From contig JAKMXF010000320.1 of the NCBI GenBank assembly GCA_024704765.1, positions 1 to 64,000 on the forward strand: a stretch of DNA of 64,000 bases, written 5' to 3'. Made by a program: the position numbers and the translations under genes. This stretch comes from Oopsacas minuta. Its lineage: Eukaryota; Animalia; Porifera. Shown one piece after another: positions 25,567 through 38,800 of the stretch (position 1 is its first letter; the number at the start of each line of letters is the position of its first letter). The notes under the pieces were generated by a model. It searched no databases and was not told the origin of the DNA. It was given only the letters and a program-made list of their open reading frames with translations.

Positions 25567-27765
25567 TTAACTCTTCTTTGAGAAGTTCGCATACCGTGAT
25601 ATGTATAATTTCTCAATCTTTGGTGAAGTTGGTACGTCTGTAATTAATTCTATTCGACCACTTGATGAGGTTTGTAGCCATTCACCTTGTATGTTAGAAA
25701 CTACACAAATGAAATAAGATTTGGGATTAGTTTGGATACATGTGTTATAACATACTACAGAATACGAGCTGCTCTTAGCATCTAGCGTGCTAGAGGGATG
25801 AAGGGTTACCTTGATTCCATCATTGAATATGGTATAACCTTGTTTTCTAAGGCCCTTATAATGAAAAGCTTTGTCACACATTGCAATATTACCCGGAACG
25901 CCACTTAAAACAGCTTTCAATATATTGTCAGTGTTGTCCATTACACTACTGGAATATTTCGAATTGATACGCATAAGATACAAATCAAGCATAGTCTGTG
26001 TAATCTGTTGCCTGATATGACTAGCATCAAGCATTAATTGGTAATTAACGTAGTTATCTCTACACCATTCTAACTGATCGTAACTAGCTCTAAACTTGTT
26101 GTAAACGTTGATATAAGTTAGATGATCTCCGGAAGGGTGAGAAAGAGAAGCTTTCGCTTGGTCAGCTCTCACTCTGTCATCCTTTTCGATCAGGAACACA
26201 CCTCCCGGTCTGTCTCCACTCAGAACTGCAGCTAGCGTTATAATATCCTGTTGGCAATTATACTTCTGGCTAGCTATAAGCATTCTAGCTATATCAGCCT
26301 CAAGAGGGAATTTAGACATTTGTTTGCCAACTACAGTTACGTCACCTTGTGAATTAATTGCACCCAACTGTTTGAGATTACTCAGAGCTAGGTTTATTGA
26401 TTCAAGGCTTGGTTGATCGATTAATTCAAATCGAGTCAGTTCAATTCCCATTGTTTTTAGGTTCAATATTGTACTGGTTAGTTCAATACGTAATATCTCA
26501 GGTACAGTGTGTCTTGCTAGTTTTAAGAAACTAGATTCTGAGTAGAGACGATAACATTTTCCGGGCTGTGTCCTGCCGGCCCTGCCGGCTCTCTGGTCAG
26601 CGCTGGACTGTGATATATCAACGGGTAGGAGAGACTTAACATGGTTTTCAACTAGACTAGATAACTTGACTTTCCCTGTATCAACTATAAATCCAATTCC
26701 TTCAATTGTAATAGCACTCTCTGCTATGTTAGTTGATACAATACATTTCCTGGCTAAATGACCGAAAGCAGATTTGGGGGAAGGAGTGAATATTCGTTGT
26801 TGTCTTGAATAAGGCAAATCTGCATACAACGGAATAACCTCGATGCCAAGCATACTATCCATATAATCAACTCGTGTAAATTCAATATACTGGCAAATAA
26901 AATCAATCTCGTCTCTACCAGTAACAAACACGAGAATATCTCCTTCAGTTTTCTGGGCTAAACAAATTTCAAGTATCACATTAATCGCATCAAATACATA
27001 AGGCGGAAATCTCTTCTTATCAAAATTGTTGAACATAGCTCTCGGTAATACCTTGGGTGAATATATGATATCTATTGGGTAGGTTTTACCAGGAATATGC
27101 ATATGAGGACAATCATCAAAAAACTCACAAAACTGTTTAATATTGAGTGTAGCACTCATAATGATAACTCTAACATCTGGTCGAGATAGCAACACATCCT
27201 TGACAACGCCCAAAAGAATGTCTGATATCAAACGACGCTCATGCACCTCGTCTAGAATAATGACGTCATAACTTGATAGTCTATTATCAGTCATAGCGTG
27301 ACGTAACAGAATACCATCTGTTACGTATGTCAGGGCAGTTTTAGGGCCAGCATAATGATCGAACCTTACAGCATAGCCCACCTCCTCTCCGAGGTAGACA
27401 TCCATCTCCTGAGCAACCCGTTGAGCTAAACTAATGGCAGCAATTCTCCTAGGCTGTACACATACTACACGGATTGTTTTATTTATCTCTAAACACCATT
27501 GAGGTATTTGTGTACTTTTACCTGATCCAGTTTCTCCATCAAATAGCAAAACCTGTGTGTTTTTAATTAATTTAATTATTGGATCTTTATACTGCCAAAT
27601 TGGTAGTGACTTTCTCCTAGAAAGCAGTTTATAGTAATTCGCACTGCGTTTCAATTGAGGGCTGCTATAGTCATACAGTTTATAAGATGTTGTAGGCATA
27701 CAAGAATGGCGGGGATCGTAATTATCTTCATCAGAAGAGTCGGAGTAGAAGCTAGACCTAGCCAT
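25567..27765 (-). CDS. DEAH-box RNA helicase, divergent DHX15/Prp43-like, 732 aa, intronless
   Basis: Motifs GETGSGKSTQIPQW, QPRRIAA, DEVHER, MSAT, STNIAES and QRAGRAGRT, followed by an HA2 region. Probably a paralog, so no symbol is given. Confidence 0.9.
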   Translation of the reverse strand: MARSSFYSDSSDEDNYDPRHSCMPTTSYKLYDYSSPQLKRSANYYKLLSRRKSLPIWQYKDPIIKLIKNTQVLLFDGETGSGKSTQIPQWCLEINKTIRVVCVQPRRIAAISLAQRVAQEMDVYLGEEVGYAVRFDHYAGPKTALTYVTDGILLRHAMTDNRLSSYDVIILDEVHERRLISDILLGVVKDVLLSRPDVRVIIMSATLNIKQFCEFFDDCPHMHIPGKTYPIDIIYSPKVLPRAMFNNFDKKRFPPYVFDAINVILEICLAQKTEGDILVFVTGRDEIDFICQYIEFTRVDYMDSMLGIEVIPLYADLPYSRQQRIFTPSPKSAFGHLARKCIVSTNIAESAITIEGIGFIVDTGKVKLSSLVENHVKSLLPVDISQSSADQRAGRAGRTQPGKCYRLYSESSFLKLARHTVPEILRIELTSTILNLKTMGIELTRFELIDQPSLESINLALSNLKQLGAINSQGDVTVVGKQMSKFPLEADIARMLIASQKYNCQQDIITLAAVLSGDRPGGVFLIEKDDRVRADQAKASLSHPSGDHLTYINVYNKFRASYDQLEWCRDNYVNYQLMLDASHIRQQITQTMLDLYLMRINSKYSSSVMDNTDNILKAVLSGVPGNIAMCDKAFHYKGLRKQGYTIFNDGIKVTLHPSSTLDAKSSSYSVVCYNTCIQTNPKSYFICVVSNIQGEWLQTSSSGRIELITDVPTSPKIEKLYISRYANFSKKS

Positions 27766-27780
27766 ATTCGTTAGTAGCTA

Positions 27781-27792
27781 ATAATAATAATA

Positions 27793-27847
<55 letters not shown>
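27781..27847. repeat. (AAT)n microsatellite just upstream of the helicase ATG
   Basis: Directly visible tandem AAT run. Confidence 0.95.
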
Positions 27848-28289
27848 GTAGTATACAACAAATCTTTACGATTCAAGAACCTTTCTACGAAACTATTAGT
27901 CAACCACCTAACGAAGAACCCGATAATACTCCAGATGTCACAATCAATACCACAATTACAACAGATTTAGAATATACTAGTTCAGAAAATTCAAATGATC
28001 ATCTCTAAACCAAACATGATTACATAGCCTGTAAGCAATCAACTTTTTCAGAAACCACCATTGCTCAAATCCACTTTATATAGTAACTCCCATAAATAAT
28101 ATTAGTAAGCCCAAATACGATTTATCATCTTTTGTTACTCAGAAATCTAGAATGTTCCTTCAAACCTTAGACTAGCAGCAATCAGTTATATTTAGTACTA
28201 TAGTTGTGTTTGTACTGATGAGCTGGATAAATAGCCAGCGAAACAAATTATGTTATTGTCTACTACTATTAAATCTACATAAACTCTTT

Positions 28290-28292
<3 letters not shown>

Positions 28293-28377
<85 letters not shown>

Positions 28378-28420
28378 AATAAATAATGATAATAATAATA
28401 ATAAATATTAATAATGATGA
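28293..28420. repeat. (AAT)n microsatellite, degenerate at the right end
   Basis: Directly visible tandem AAT run. Confidence 0.95.
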
Positions 28421-28666
28421 TATTGCGCCATTATGCAATTATGGTGGGCAGATTTCGTATTGGCCTGTCACTGGAAATTTGGTTCCCCTAACATTTGGAC
28501 ATACGAATCAATTTCCAGGTTAACCAATTTTTGAAAACTGTGGCACTTGGCGTCCGATCGATTAGCAAAGGGAGAAGCACACCCGACGAATATCTCAAAT
28601 ATTCTCACTATCTTACAAGTTGCAACACCATAATTCTATCCAGTTTGGCTGCAGGGCGTTCACGGT

Positions 28667-28869
28667 GAAAAAATATAATAAAATTCAACCTGTGTCGACA
28701 GCTTAGTCTATTAATTAAATGTTTTTAAAGTGGCACTATTAATCGGAGGTACCATGAGAGGTTAGTTTTAATCTCATTACACATAGTGCCTCCAATTAAT
28801 AGTACCACTTTTTAAACATTTAAATAATAGACTAAGCTGTCGGCACAGGTTGAAAATTTATATTTTTTG
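28667..28869. mobile_element. ~200-bp palindromic MITE, family copy 1
   Basis: caacctgtgtcgacagcttagtc / gactaagctgtcggcacaggttg arms. A homologous copy lies at 60880-61071. Confidence 0.75.
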
Positions 28870-30634
28870 ATCTTCCAGCCCATATAATAGTCAATTTGTT
28901 ACAGTAATTATCTGTTGACTAAATACTATTAATAGAAGGGAATACTTGATGAGATTTTGTTTCTCGACCTTTTTCGAACTGTGGCACACCTATTTCATTG
29001 ATTCAGGAGGAGTACCTCTGTACTCTTAGCACTTTTATATGCAAAAGGCGAAACTAGCACCGTGAAAGCATATTACACAAATTTCTTTTATGCCAGTGAC
29101 ATTTTGGAGACACATTCAAAGGTTGTCACAACTGGAGGCACCAGGGTGACCCTAATTTTCTAGTGGAACCTGGAAATATTTGGGGATAAGGACTACCTAT
29201 AATGAATGGTAGTTGAAATGAAATAGTGTTTTGAGCGAATTATTATCATTTTCGCCACTAAATACATATGTATTTGAGTACTATAGTACAGACTTGCTCT
29301 TAACGGCTACAATGGGGTAACAAAGCACACTGAATCCGAATTTCCTATTTTCAAGTTTCTCATATGGAAATATATTGTAAACGAATAGTTTGAGTATTAT
29401 TTTATCAATTAAATTTTGCAATTTTAGAATTTGCTAAATTCGCGGCACAAAGTGCCGAGTCTCATCCGAACACAAATAGTTCGCAAGCTGCATAGCGCGT
29501 GCAAGCGAAGCGGCCGTAATAAATTAAATGTTTTGTATAATTATTGCGTGTGCTTCTCTCCTTTGCTATTCGAATAGACATCAAGTACCACTATTTCACA
29601 GTAAGCGACTTTTGTCTAGCCTCTAGCTAAAATATATTAATAGAAAGGTACCATAAAATCATTTGAAAAAGAGGAAATTGTTTGGCTGCAAAGAATTATG
29701 TGCGTCCAGAAGGATGTTCAAATACGCTCGAACGACCTATTTGAGAGAATTGATTCCTCTTGTGACGGGAGAATTAGTATTGCTTTTGATTGAGTAATTA
29801 ATGTAGTTTAAGTTTGTGCTTTGTAGTTTTGTTCTTCGCAAATATTATCTGTCATCTTCTTTAGAAATTTTGTCAAATGTATTGTAGCCAAATCTTCACT
29901 GACACTGAGATAAATAATGACATGGATTGATGTATTCTCCATCCTGTGGCCTACCTTTGTGAGCCAATTTAATGGTATTGTGCGTACATAAATGTTACAG
30001 TGCCCACTACATAGTATAGTCTCCCAGTATTGATATCAGTGTTTTTTGTTTTTCCGTATTCGGCGCTACAGCCCACACCGTTTACGATTATGAGCTAAAA
30101 ATTTGTCAAAGGGTTCATTGTGACTTGTAGATTTGCACCTCGGTGTACGATTTTTGATCTGACACGATTAGCCACCATTGTGCCACTTTTAATTTCCCAT
30201 TGAAATTATATTAACGTCTAGAAATCTATGAATCGTTTGAAATGCAATTTCGTATAATTGCCTAATTTATTGTGGTATTTAGAAATATTTATACGTATGT
30301 GAATTCGAATTTCTAAACAATATGCAGCGGTCTGGAATGGACCGCGGTCCAGACCGGACCGATCGGTTTCAGGTCGTTCCGGTCCGCTTTTTCTCAAGTG
30401 CGGTCTGGACAGGAGCGAATTAGCGATCTAACGCTCTAGACCGGCCCAGACCGTCAAGAACTTTAATGACGGTCCGGTCCATGAAATTGCCGGACGGCTG
30501 CACCACTGATCCATTATAATGCTAAGCATATTGAGACTTTAACAAAGCATCATATTACTATTACAGTATTACCAGCTAATTTAATATTAAAAATAGCATA
30601 TTTTGTTAAAACATATATTTTACTTAGAGAACAA

Positions 30635-31101
30635 CAGAGATGGAATCGGTCGGGTCGGGTCGGGTACCGGTCGAAGGTCTCGACCAGCCGGTCATAATTT
30701 CATTATTTGTCTACATTTCAATATTTTTATCTTTTCTACATTTCTGTATTACATAGGATTTATGTATATAATCATCCATTATATACTGCCTGGCCATTGC
30801 ATTCGAACGCCAGGGCCACAATTAGCACATGGCACCAATATAAATGCCACATTAGTTATAGACAAATTATTGAAATTATTTCATCCATTTTTGAATAAAT
30901 ATTCATTCATCAACCTTGAGCAAAAGAGATTTTCTACTTTCTGCTATATCCACAGAATATTCAACATAATTTCGCCGTGTGCCACTTGTGTTACAAGTGG
31001 CAGAGGTTCCAATACTTTTGGCCAGGCAGTGTATAGTCAAAGTTACCAGTCGACCGGCCGGTCGGGTCGGGTCATGAAAAAGCTGACCGGTTCCATCTCT
31101 G
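30635..31101. mobile_element. hAT-type MITE, 467 bp
   Basis: TIR CAGAGATGGAATCGGTC / GACCGGTTCCATCTCTG with an 8-bp TSD GAGAACAA / GAGGACAA. The empty site is seen at 36666-36673. Confidence 0.9.
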
Positions 31102-31341
31102 GAGGACAACTCTGTTAGTTTTGTCACATTGTTTGGGTTAATTTCCGCTCACGTGACCGTTACAAATATTTCCAACTCGAACAACTAACTGCAGAATTTA
31201 AATGATTGTGAACTTTTGTGGCAAAATACAAATGCTTAGTCTTGCTGTAGAGGTTATGTTTATCGCTATGCAAAACATCATATGTTCGTATAATCATATA
31301 CAATATGTATTTGTAGATTAGTGGTAAGGCAAATGATATTA

Positions 31342-32713
31342 CAGGATGGTCCAAAATAGAATGTACCCAAACATATTTTAGACTGCCCAGTCTCAATATC
31401 TTGTATTAACCAAAAGTCATTTTTAGATATGCTAGATACATCCCTTGTTGTAAAGAGAAACAACAAATGGACCCTCGAGATGAGAACCTTCTGTATTGGA
31501 TGGTATCTGGAGTGTCACAGCTTCAAGACAGTAATAAATGAATTCCAGACAAAATTTGAGACCGATAAAGCCCTGTATAAATCCTTGATATTCTTGTGGG
31601 TGCGGAAGTTGAAGACTGAAGGGAAGCTCAGCGACCTCAGACCAAAGACCCCAAGTCGTGGGGGCCCACTCAGGAAGGAAGAAACTGTATGACACAGCCG
31701 TTAAAGAGCAGATCCGAAATTTTGTTATCGCATCTCCCAGCCGATCGACCAGAAAGAGGAGTCAAACACTCGTTATTCCACGAACATCGCTGATGAGGGT
31801 TATGAAGGAAGACCTCCACTTGTTCCCCTACGCATCACTACTCACCAGACTCTCTGACATTGCTAAAGAAGTCAGGTTAGAAATGTCAAGGATTTTGTCA
31901 GACAAGATTGAAGCCACCGCATGCCATGGAAACAAGTCCTTCCAATCCCTGCTTTGGGCCTCTGATGAGGCACACTGTTACATGGACGGACAAGTAAACA
32001 GTAAAAACAACATCATCTGGGGATATCAGAAGCCAGACATTGTAGCAACCAGGCCCCTTCATTCCAAGAAAGTCACTGTGGTGCTCGCTTTCAGAGAAAG
32101 GAATAATCGGTCCATTCTTGTTCGAGGAAAATGGGAAGACAACAACCATCAACAGTGAGCGGTACATCGCTGTGTTAGAGATGTTCTGGCAGCAGCTCCA
32201 CACTCAGTATCCACAACTACACAAGAGGATGTGGTTTCAGCAGGATGGGGCGATCCCACACACAGCAGACGCCTCCCTAAATTGGCTCAAGGTTCATTTC
32301 AAAAAGCGTGTCGTCTGCAGGAAGACGTCCATTGGGTGGCCCCTTACTCGCCCGACCTTAGCCCTCCAGACTTCTTATGGGGTTATTTGAAGGACAGAAT
32401 ATATAAGAACAAGCCTCGAACACTTGAGCAGCTGAAAACGAATATTGTGCTAGAAATCACGGGGATAAGCAAAGATGTTGTGAAGTCAGTTTTCCAGAAT
32501 TTCGCGTTGCGACTCAAAAATGTCCAAGAATGTAATGGTGGCCACATCGAACACCTCCTCTAAACCGAAAGTTTTCCAGCTAGAGACCTGGTATTCACGG
32601 GATATATATCGAATTATGTTACTATCATATAGAAATAATTTCATTGCTTAAAATAAATATTGCCTGAACTGTTGGGGAAAGATTTTGGGTACAGTCTATT
32701 TTGGACCACCCGG
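31342..32713 (+). mobile_element. Tc1/mariner transposon, DD41D (rosa-like), with a transposase broken by three frameshifts (31429-32563)
   Basis: 30-bp TIR CAGGATGGTCCAAAATAGAATGTACCCAAA with TA TSD. Motifs SDEAH, FQQDGAIPH and W(PP)YSPDLSPPDFLWGYLK. After repairing a 1-nt deletion, the last two Asp are 41 residues apart. Confidence 0.9.
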
Positions 32714-32850
32714 TATATCTCATGTATAATTCAGGTCATATTTACAGAAATATTCTGAATAATTAATTTTATCTTTGACTAGTTGTAAGTTATGTAACAT
32801 AATTGCATAATTCTACACACGTACTCATATTATCCTGAGTTTTATATTTA

Positions 32851-35800
32851 ATGAGTGTGAAGATCGCCGTGAGAGTACGGCCATTCAATGACCGGGAGAA
32901 GGAGCGGGATGCCTTCAATGTTATTCAAATGCAGGGCAAGTCTACATCCATAACCAATCCTGCCAAGAAGGGAACTACTAAAGATTTTACTTTTGATTAC
33001 TCTTACTGGAGTATGGATTCTACACAACCACAATTTGCCAGTCAAGACGACGTACAAAATGATTTTGGGAAGGACATGCTGAATCAGCTTGTGATGGGTA
33101 CAACACTTGCATCTTTACATATGGTCAGACTGGTTCTGGGAAGTCATATACTATGCTAGGAGCACCGGGGCGGGATCAGCGAGGAATTATACCAAGAACT
33201 TGTGAAGAGTTGTTTGAGAGGATCGCTGAAAGTACAGATGAAACGCATAATTGTAGAGTTGAGGTAATTACCGCTATTGATAGTACAGTCGAAACCGATT
33301 TTTCTTACTTTATTTCCGTCCAAAGAAATAGCAAGAAAAAACCGGTTTCTACTTTACTATTTTAATTCTTCTATACAAAAGGGTTAACTAACGAACGAAT
33401 TATCTTAATATGCCATATAATTTATGGGAACTTTTGTCTATTCTACCAATTTAATTTTCTTATGTATATTGGTATTTGCATCATTTATAATACAATTGGA
33501 TATTCTGATAATTCGGGCTAACTGTATTTAGGTGTATCTTTATCCCATTATCCAATATCTACTGTATTTAGGTGAGCTATTTCGAAATTTACTGTGAAAA
33601 AGTAAAAGATTTATTGAATCCACAAAACAAAGGAAACCTAAAAGTCCGAGAACACACTGCTCTGGGTCCTTATGTAGACGGTCTGAAGAAGATACCTGTT
33701 TTGGACTACAAACAGATTGATAATCTCATGGAGTTGGGTAATCAAGCAAGAACTGTAGCTAGTACTAACATGAATGCAACCAGCAGTCGTAGTCACGCTG
33801 TATTTACTCTAATATTCACTCAGAAAGAGAAAGCTGAAGATTCTGATATGTGGGGAGAGAAGGTTCGTATTATCTTGCTAACTTTAGTATTATTATCAAT
33901 GGAATTTGATTATTTATAATTTCTAGGTATCAAAGATCAGTCTTGTAGATCTAGCAGGTAGTGAGCGTGCAGAGAGTACAGGAGCGACTGGAGACAGATT
34001 GAAGGAAGGTGCACAAATTAATAAATCTCTCACTACTCTGGGCAGAGTTATCCATGCTCTCGCCGACATTGGAAAGCCTGGGACTAAATTACCTCCATTC
34101 AGAGATTCTGTCCTCACATTCATATTGAAGGAGAGTCTGGGAGGAAACAGTAAGACTTCTATGGTAGCTGCACTGAGTCCAGCTGATATTAATTACGACG
34201 AAACTCTGAGTACACTAAGGTTTGCTGATAGAGCTAAGCAGATAGTTTGTAAAGCTATGGTTAATGAAGATCCTAATGCTCGTATGATTAGACTGCTGAA
34301 GGAAGAATTGTATAAGTTGAGACAAGTTATCATACAAGAGAATCTTGTTGACAAAGTGAGTAGGTTACAAACTATATTCATATGTTATCTAAATTCGAAT
34401 TAGAAAAGTTATTCCAGGAGCAATATGTTGATATTTGTAGTTAGTAGGTTAATTACTCAGGACTCTATGGATTAGTATAGAGAGTGTGAAATATACAACT
34501 TAAGTATATAGATAATATCCTTATTTGTACATAACGTAATGATTTATGGACCGATTGATGGAATTCAGTCTAATGAAAGAGAGGGGGAGGAGGACACTGA
34601 TGCTGATTCTGATGCTGATTTTGATTCTGATTCTGATTCTGATTCTGATTCTGATCCTGATTCTGATTCTGATGATAATGAGCAAGCTCGATTGGTGAAG
34701 GGTCCTAGCATCACAGCTGAAGTAGCTTACCAGCAAATCAAGGAATCCGAGAAAATAATGCAAGAACTCACACTGCCCTGGCAGGAGAAACTTGATGAGG
34801 TTTGTAACTGTAAAATTGTACCACTTATATATTATTCAAATGAATACGATTTGATTATTTATTAATTCATTATATAGGCTGAGAAGCACAAAATCGAAAC
34901 GGAGGAATATATGAAGAAAATGGGTATTGCGATCACAGTGGGGGAGGATGGTGTAGAAACAACAGTGAAGGGTGTCTTCTCTCCTAAGAACACGCCCTAT
35001 CTGGTTAATTTAAATGAAGACCCATGGATGAACGAATGTCTTATTTATTACATTAAAGAAGGATTAACCCATGTAGGACGTAATGACAACTGTGATATCA
35101 ACCTTCATGGCAACTATATTTTACCTCAACACTGTCATTTTGAGAATGATAAGAATATTGTCCGTTTGGTTCCTCAGCCAGGCTCGTATGCCTTTGTTAA
35201 CGGTACTAAAATAACAGAGACTGTAGACGTCAAACAAGGAGCACGTGTTATATTGGGAGTTAACCATGTGTTTAGATTCAACAATCCACAAGTTAGTTAC
35301 TTTAATAATATATATTTAAAGAATTTATTTATTTATTTATTTATTTTTCTTTTATAATCTTTAGGAAGCAAAGAAAGCTCGTTCTTCTGTACTTAGCTTT
35401 CTGGATTCTAGTGCTAAGGCCGATTATTCTCTGAAACAGAGAAATCTTCCTAAAAAGAACAGAAACAATTCTCGACTATCTGGTAGCTGGAATCCCAATA
35501 AGCCTGATGAAAATGTAAACACTCTTTATCCCTATGATTTTGAAGACGATCGAATACCTTCTCCCACCAGTGACTATTACATGAGTGAGTATGATAGAGA
35601 ACGCTCCTTCATTACGTATGATTTTGATTACGTCCAAGATGAATTAATTAGAATTCAGAACATGGAAGGTGGTGACATAGTTGATAAACTCGTGGACCAG
35701 CGGACAACTCAAATTAAGACTGAACTGGAGGAAGCAAAAATAGAAATACAAGAGATGAACAGACAAGCAATGGATTATAAGAGGATGTATGATGAATTAA

Positions 35801-38800
35801 TGGAGACACAGGTTCGTAAAATAATAATGTTTATTATGTATAAAAGTACTGATTCTACTGCTTTTTAGCAAATTCATTTATCTTACAATATTATGTAATG
35901 TAAGACATAAAGTTAACCTTACCTATGAACAAAGTTTGCACTCTGTAAACTCTTGTTATAGGAAACTTTATTGAGTGATTATGGCATCATATTGATATAC
36001 CTATCCAGTGTTATCATCTCTACATCTTGTATAAGGTCTACTTTGAATTTATTGTCTATCAGCATAGCAGACGTGTGTTGTGGTGATCCGTTGTGTGATC
36101 TGAATTCTGTCATATTATTTTATGGTTTATAGTTTGTCATATCACCGAAACGGATATAATATCTTAATATGCAATAATAATGTTTTTATGTAATCAAGTT
36201 AGCCATGAATTTATTGCTCAATCTTATTCTCATAAATATCAGATTATTTAACTAAATTTCCTTTTTTTTAGAATTCATCAAAGTACAATTATTGCCTAAT
36301 AATTTTGATAAATTAATTGTTATGTAACCGTAACCGTAACCGAGTTTGCTAACTTTTATTATCAACTTTACATTGAAATCCATTACAGAGATGCAGCGAT
36401 CTGGAATGGACCGCGGTCCAGACCAGTCCGCTTTTCTCAAGTGCGGTCTGGACAGGAGCGAATTAGCGATCTAACGCTCTGGACCGGCATATCGTCCAGA
36501 AAATTTAATGACGGTCCGGTCCATGAAATTGCCGGACGGCAGCACCACTGATCCATTATAATGGTAGCTTATTGAGACTTTAACAAAGCATCATATTACT
36601 ATTATAGTGTTACAAGCTAATTTAATATTTAATAGCATAGTTTGTTAAAACATATATTTTACTTAGAGAACAACTCTGTTAGTTTGTCACATTGTTTGGG
36701 TTAATTTCCGCTCACGTGCGTACAAATATTTCCAACTCGAACAACTAACTACAGAATTTAAATTATTGTGAACTTTTGTGGCAAATACAAATGCTTAGTT
36801 ATGCTATTCAACATATTAAAATACCTTCTGTAGAGGTTACGTTTATCGCTATGCAAAACATCATATGATCGTATAATCATTATACATTCTGTATTTGTAG
36901 ATTAGTGGTAAGGCAAATGATATTATATCTCATTTATAATTCAGCTCATATTTACAGAAATATTCTGAATAATTAATTTTGTCTTTGACTAAGTACACAA
37001 ATACTTGTTTAATCCTGGACCGGATTTCATTGGGCAAAGATTGATTACCATATCTGTCATGCTGGAGCGACTCTGCTTGTACCTCTATTTCTGGATACTT
37101 TAGAAGATTATTTCAATTTTTGTGAATGACAACGTCATATTATTGTCTATTGAGAGCCTTTGTTCAGATTTACACGAACTTTGGCCTTCAGATACATTAA
37201 ATACGAGGTTGAAACCGTTCGTATGAATATTATATTAGTATTCATGAATAGCAACTTTACCGAATATGCGAATATTGATACGAATACATACTGCTGTTAT
37301 TCGGTTTTGACCAACCGAATACTGAATACTGATATTCGTTAGGTAATCGAATAGCAACTATTCGCCAAACATTATTCGGTTGCAACCTTGATTGAATATT
37401 ATCCTGTTGAATCTAGTGTATCTCTATATTATATTATCTTATAGTCTGTGGGTGGCCTCTCTGACCGTTACTCTCCTGAAGATATTGACGAAGAGGAAGA
37501 ACCAAAATTATCAGATGGTCAGAAAGAACTTCTATCCAAATGTGTAGAGAAATGGAGAGATTATCGCTATAACGAAATACGAGATGCTCTATATGACAAT
37601 ACAGTATTGCTGAAGGAAGCAAACTCTATTTCCCTGGAGCTGAGACAGCAGGTAGCATTTCAGTTCGTACTACTGACTGATTGTCCATATGCACATCTCC
37701 CTGAGACACTAGCTCTGGGACAGGACTGTGAGTCAGACGAACCTGAAAGCTACTCTCAGTTTGACAACTCTTCCCTGAAGAAGACTATTGTAGCTGTAGA
37801 GGTTTCTGATGCTAGACATGGAGTGACTCATTTGTGGTCTCTTGAGAAACTCCAACAAAGAATATATGCTATGCACGAGATGTACGAAGCTTGTGCTAAG
37901 TTAGAGACTATAAGTCCTCTAATTAAGGTAGCTTCATATACTGATATGTAAGATATGTTGTCTAATTAAGTATACTTCTAGGCTTGTAATCCAGATGACC
38001 ATAGCAGAGATCCTATAAGCGTAGGAAATGGCAACAATCCATTCTTTGATCGGAATCCATGGTACAGTCTGATAGGACGTAGCTATGTGTATCTGACACA
38101 CATACTCCTCCCCATGGCTCTGGAACAAACTATTGCTATAGTTACAGACAGAGGAGATGTAATGGGACATATTGATGTGTTATTACAGTTATGTGATGAT
38201 GATGAAGAGGTAAGATGCACATTATTTAATTAACTTCTATAAGTAGAGCATTCTACACAATAAAGTACCATAAATCCCTGAATAAGCATGGATTCCTTTG
38301 TATTAATATTCACTGGGGCTTCGAGTTCGAATTTTTATTACAAATATTTTCGAATCTAATTATTTCTGTCCTTTTATTACAGCTTCTATAGACCTAATAT
38401 AATATACTATTATTATTTACAGTATACGAGCCTTGGCTCGTCGCTTCGCGATGAACTCGGCGCATTGCGCCTCGAGATATTCAACGGACAAAGAAACAAC
38501 AATTGAGAATAAATAATATTTTTTGATGTTGTTTACAATATTCAGACTCAGCATACTCGAGTATGCCAGTATAGTCGTTGAAAGCATGATTCTACCTCGA
38601 TTTTGAAATTTGTTTACTTTATATTCATAAAAACAACAATACATTTACATATCATTGATCCAAAAGTGTGAAAATCGGATACAGCATGTTCGATATACTT
38701 AGTGAAGTTTTATTGAATTCTTTTGGCTTCCTTGATAAACATGATAAATACATATTTATGCGACAATTTCAAAATCGCATACCATAAATCCTTTCCTTGA

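Larger units (their letters stand above)
30322..32782. repeat. ~600-bp repeat unit expanded by two nested insertions, ending ~70 bp before the kinesin ATG
   Basis: After removing the 30635-31101 and 31342-32713 insertions it is colinear with 36391-36991. Confidence 0.85.

Noticed and set aside
30322-30510. GGACC/GGTCC short repeats as a possible CRISPR-like array
   Set aside because: There is no regular repeat-spacer period. These are subterminal repeats of a DNA element in a eukaryotic context.
30603-31127. 171-aa and 74-aa ORFs
   Set aside because: They lie over the hAT MITE and its GGTCG repeats and have no protein motifs.
34521-34763. Minus-strand ORF with IRIRIR
   Set aside because: It is the antisense reading of the (GATTCT)n coding repeat.
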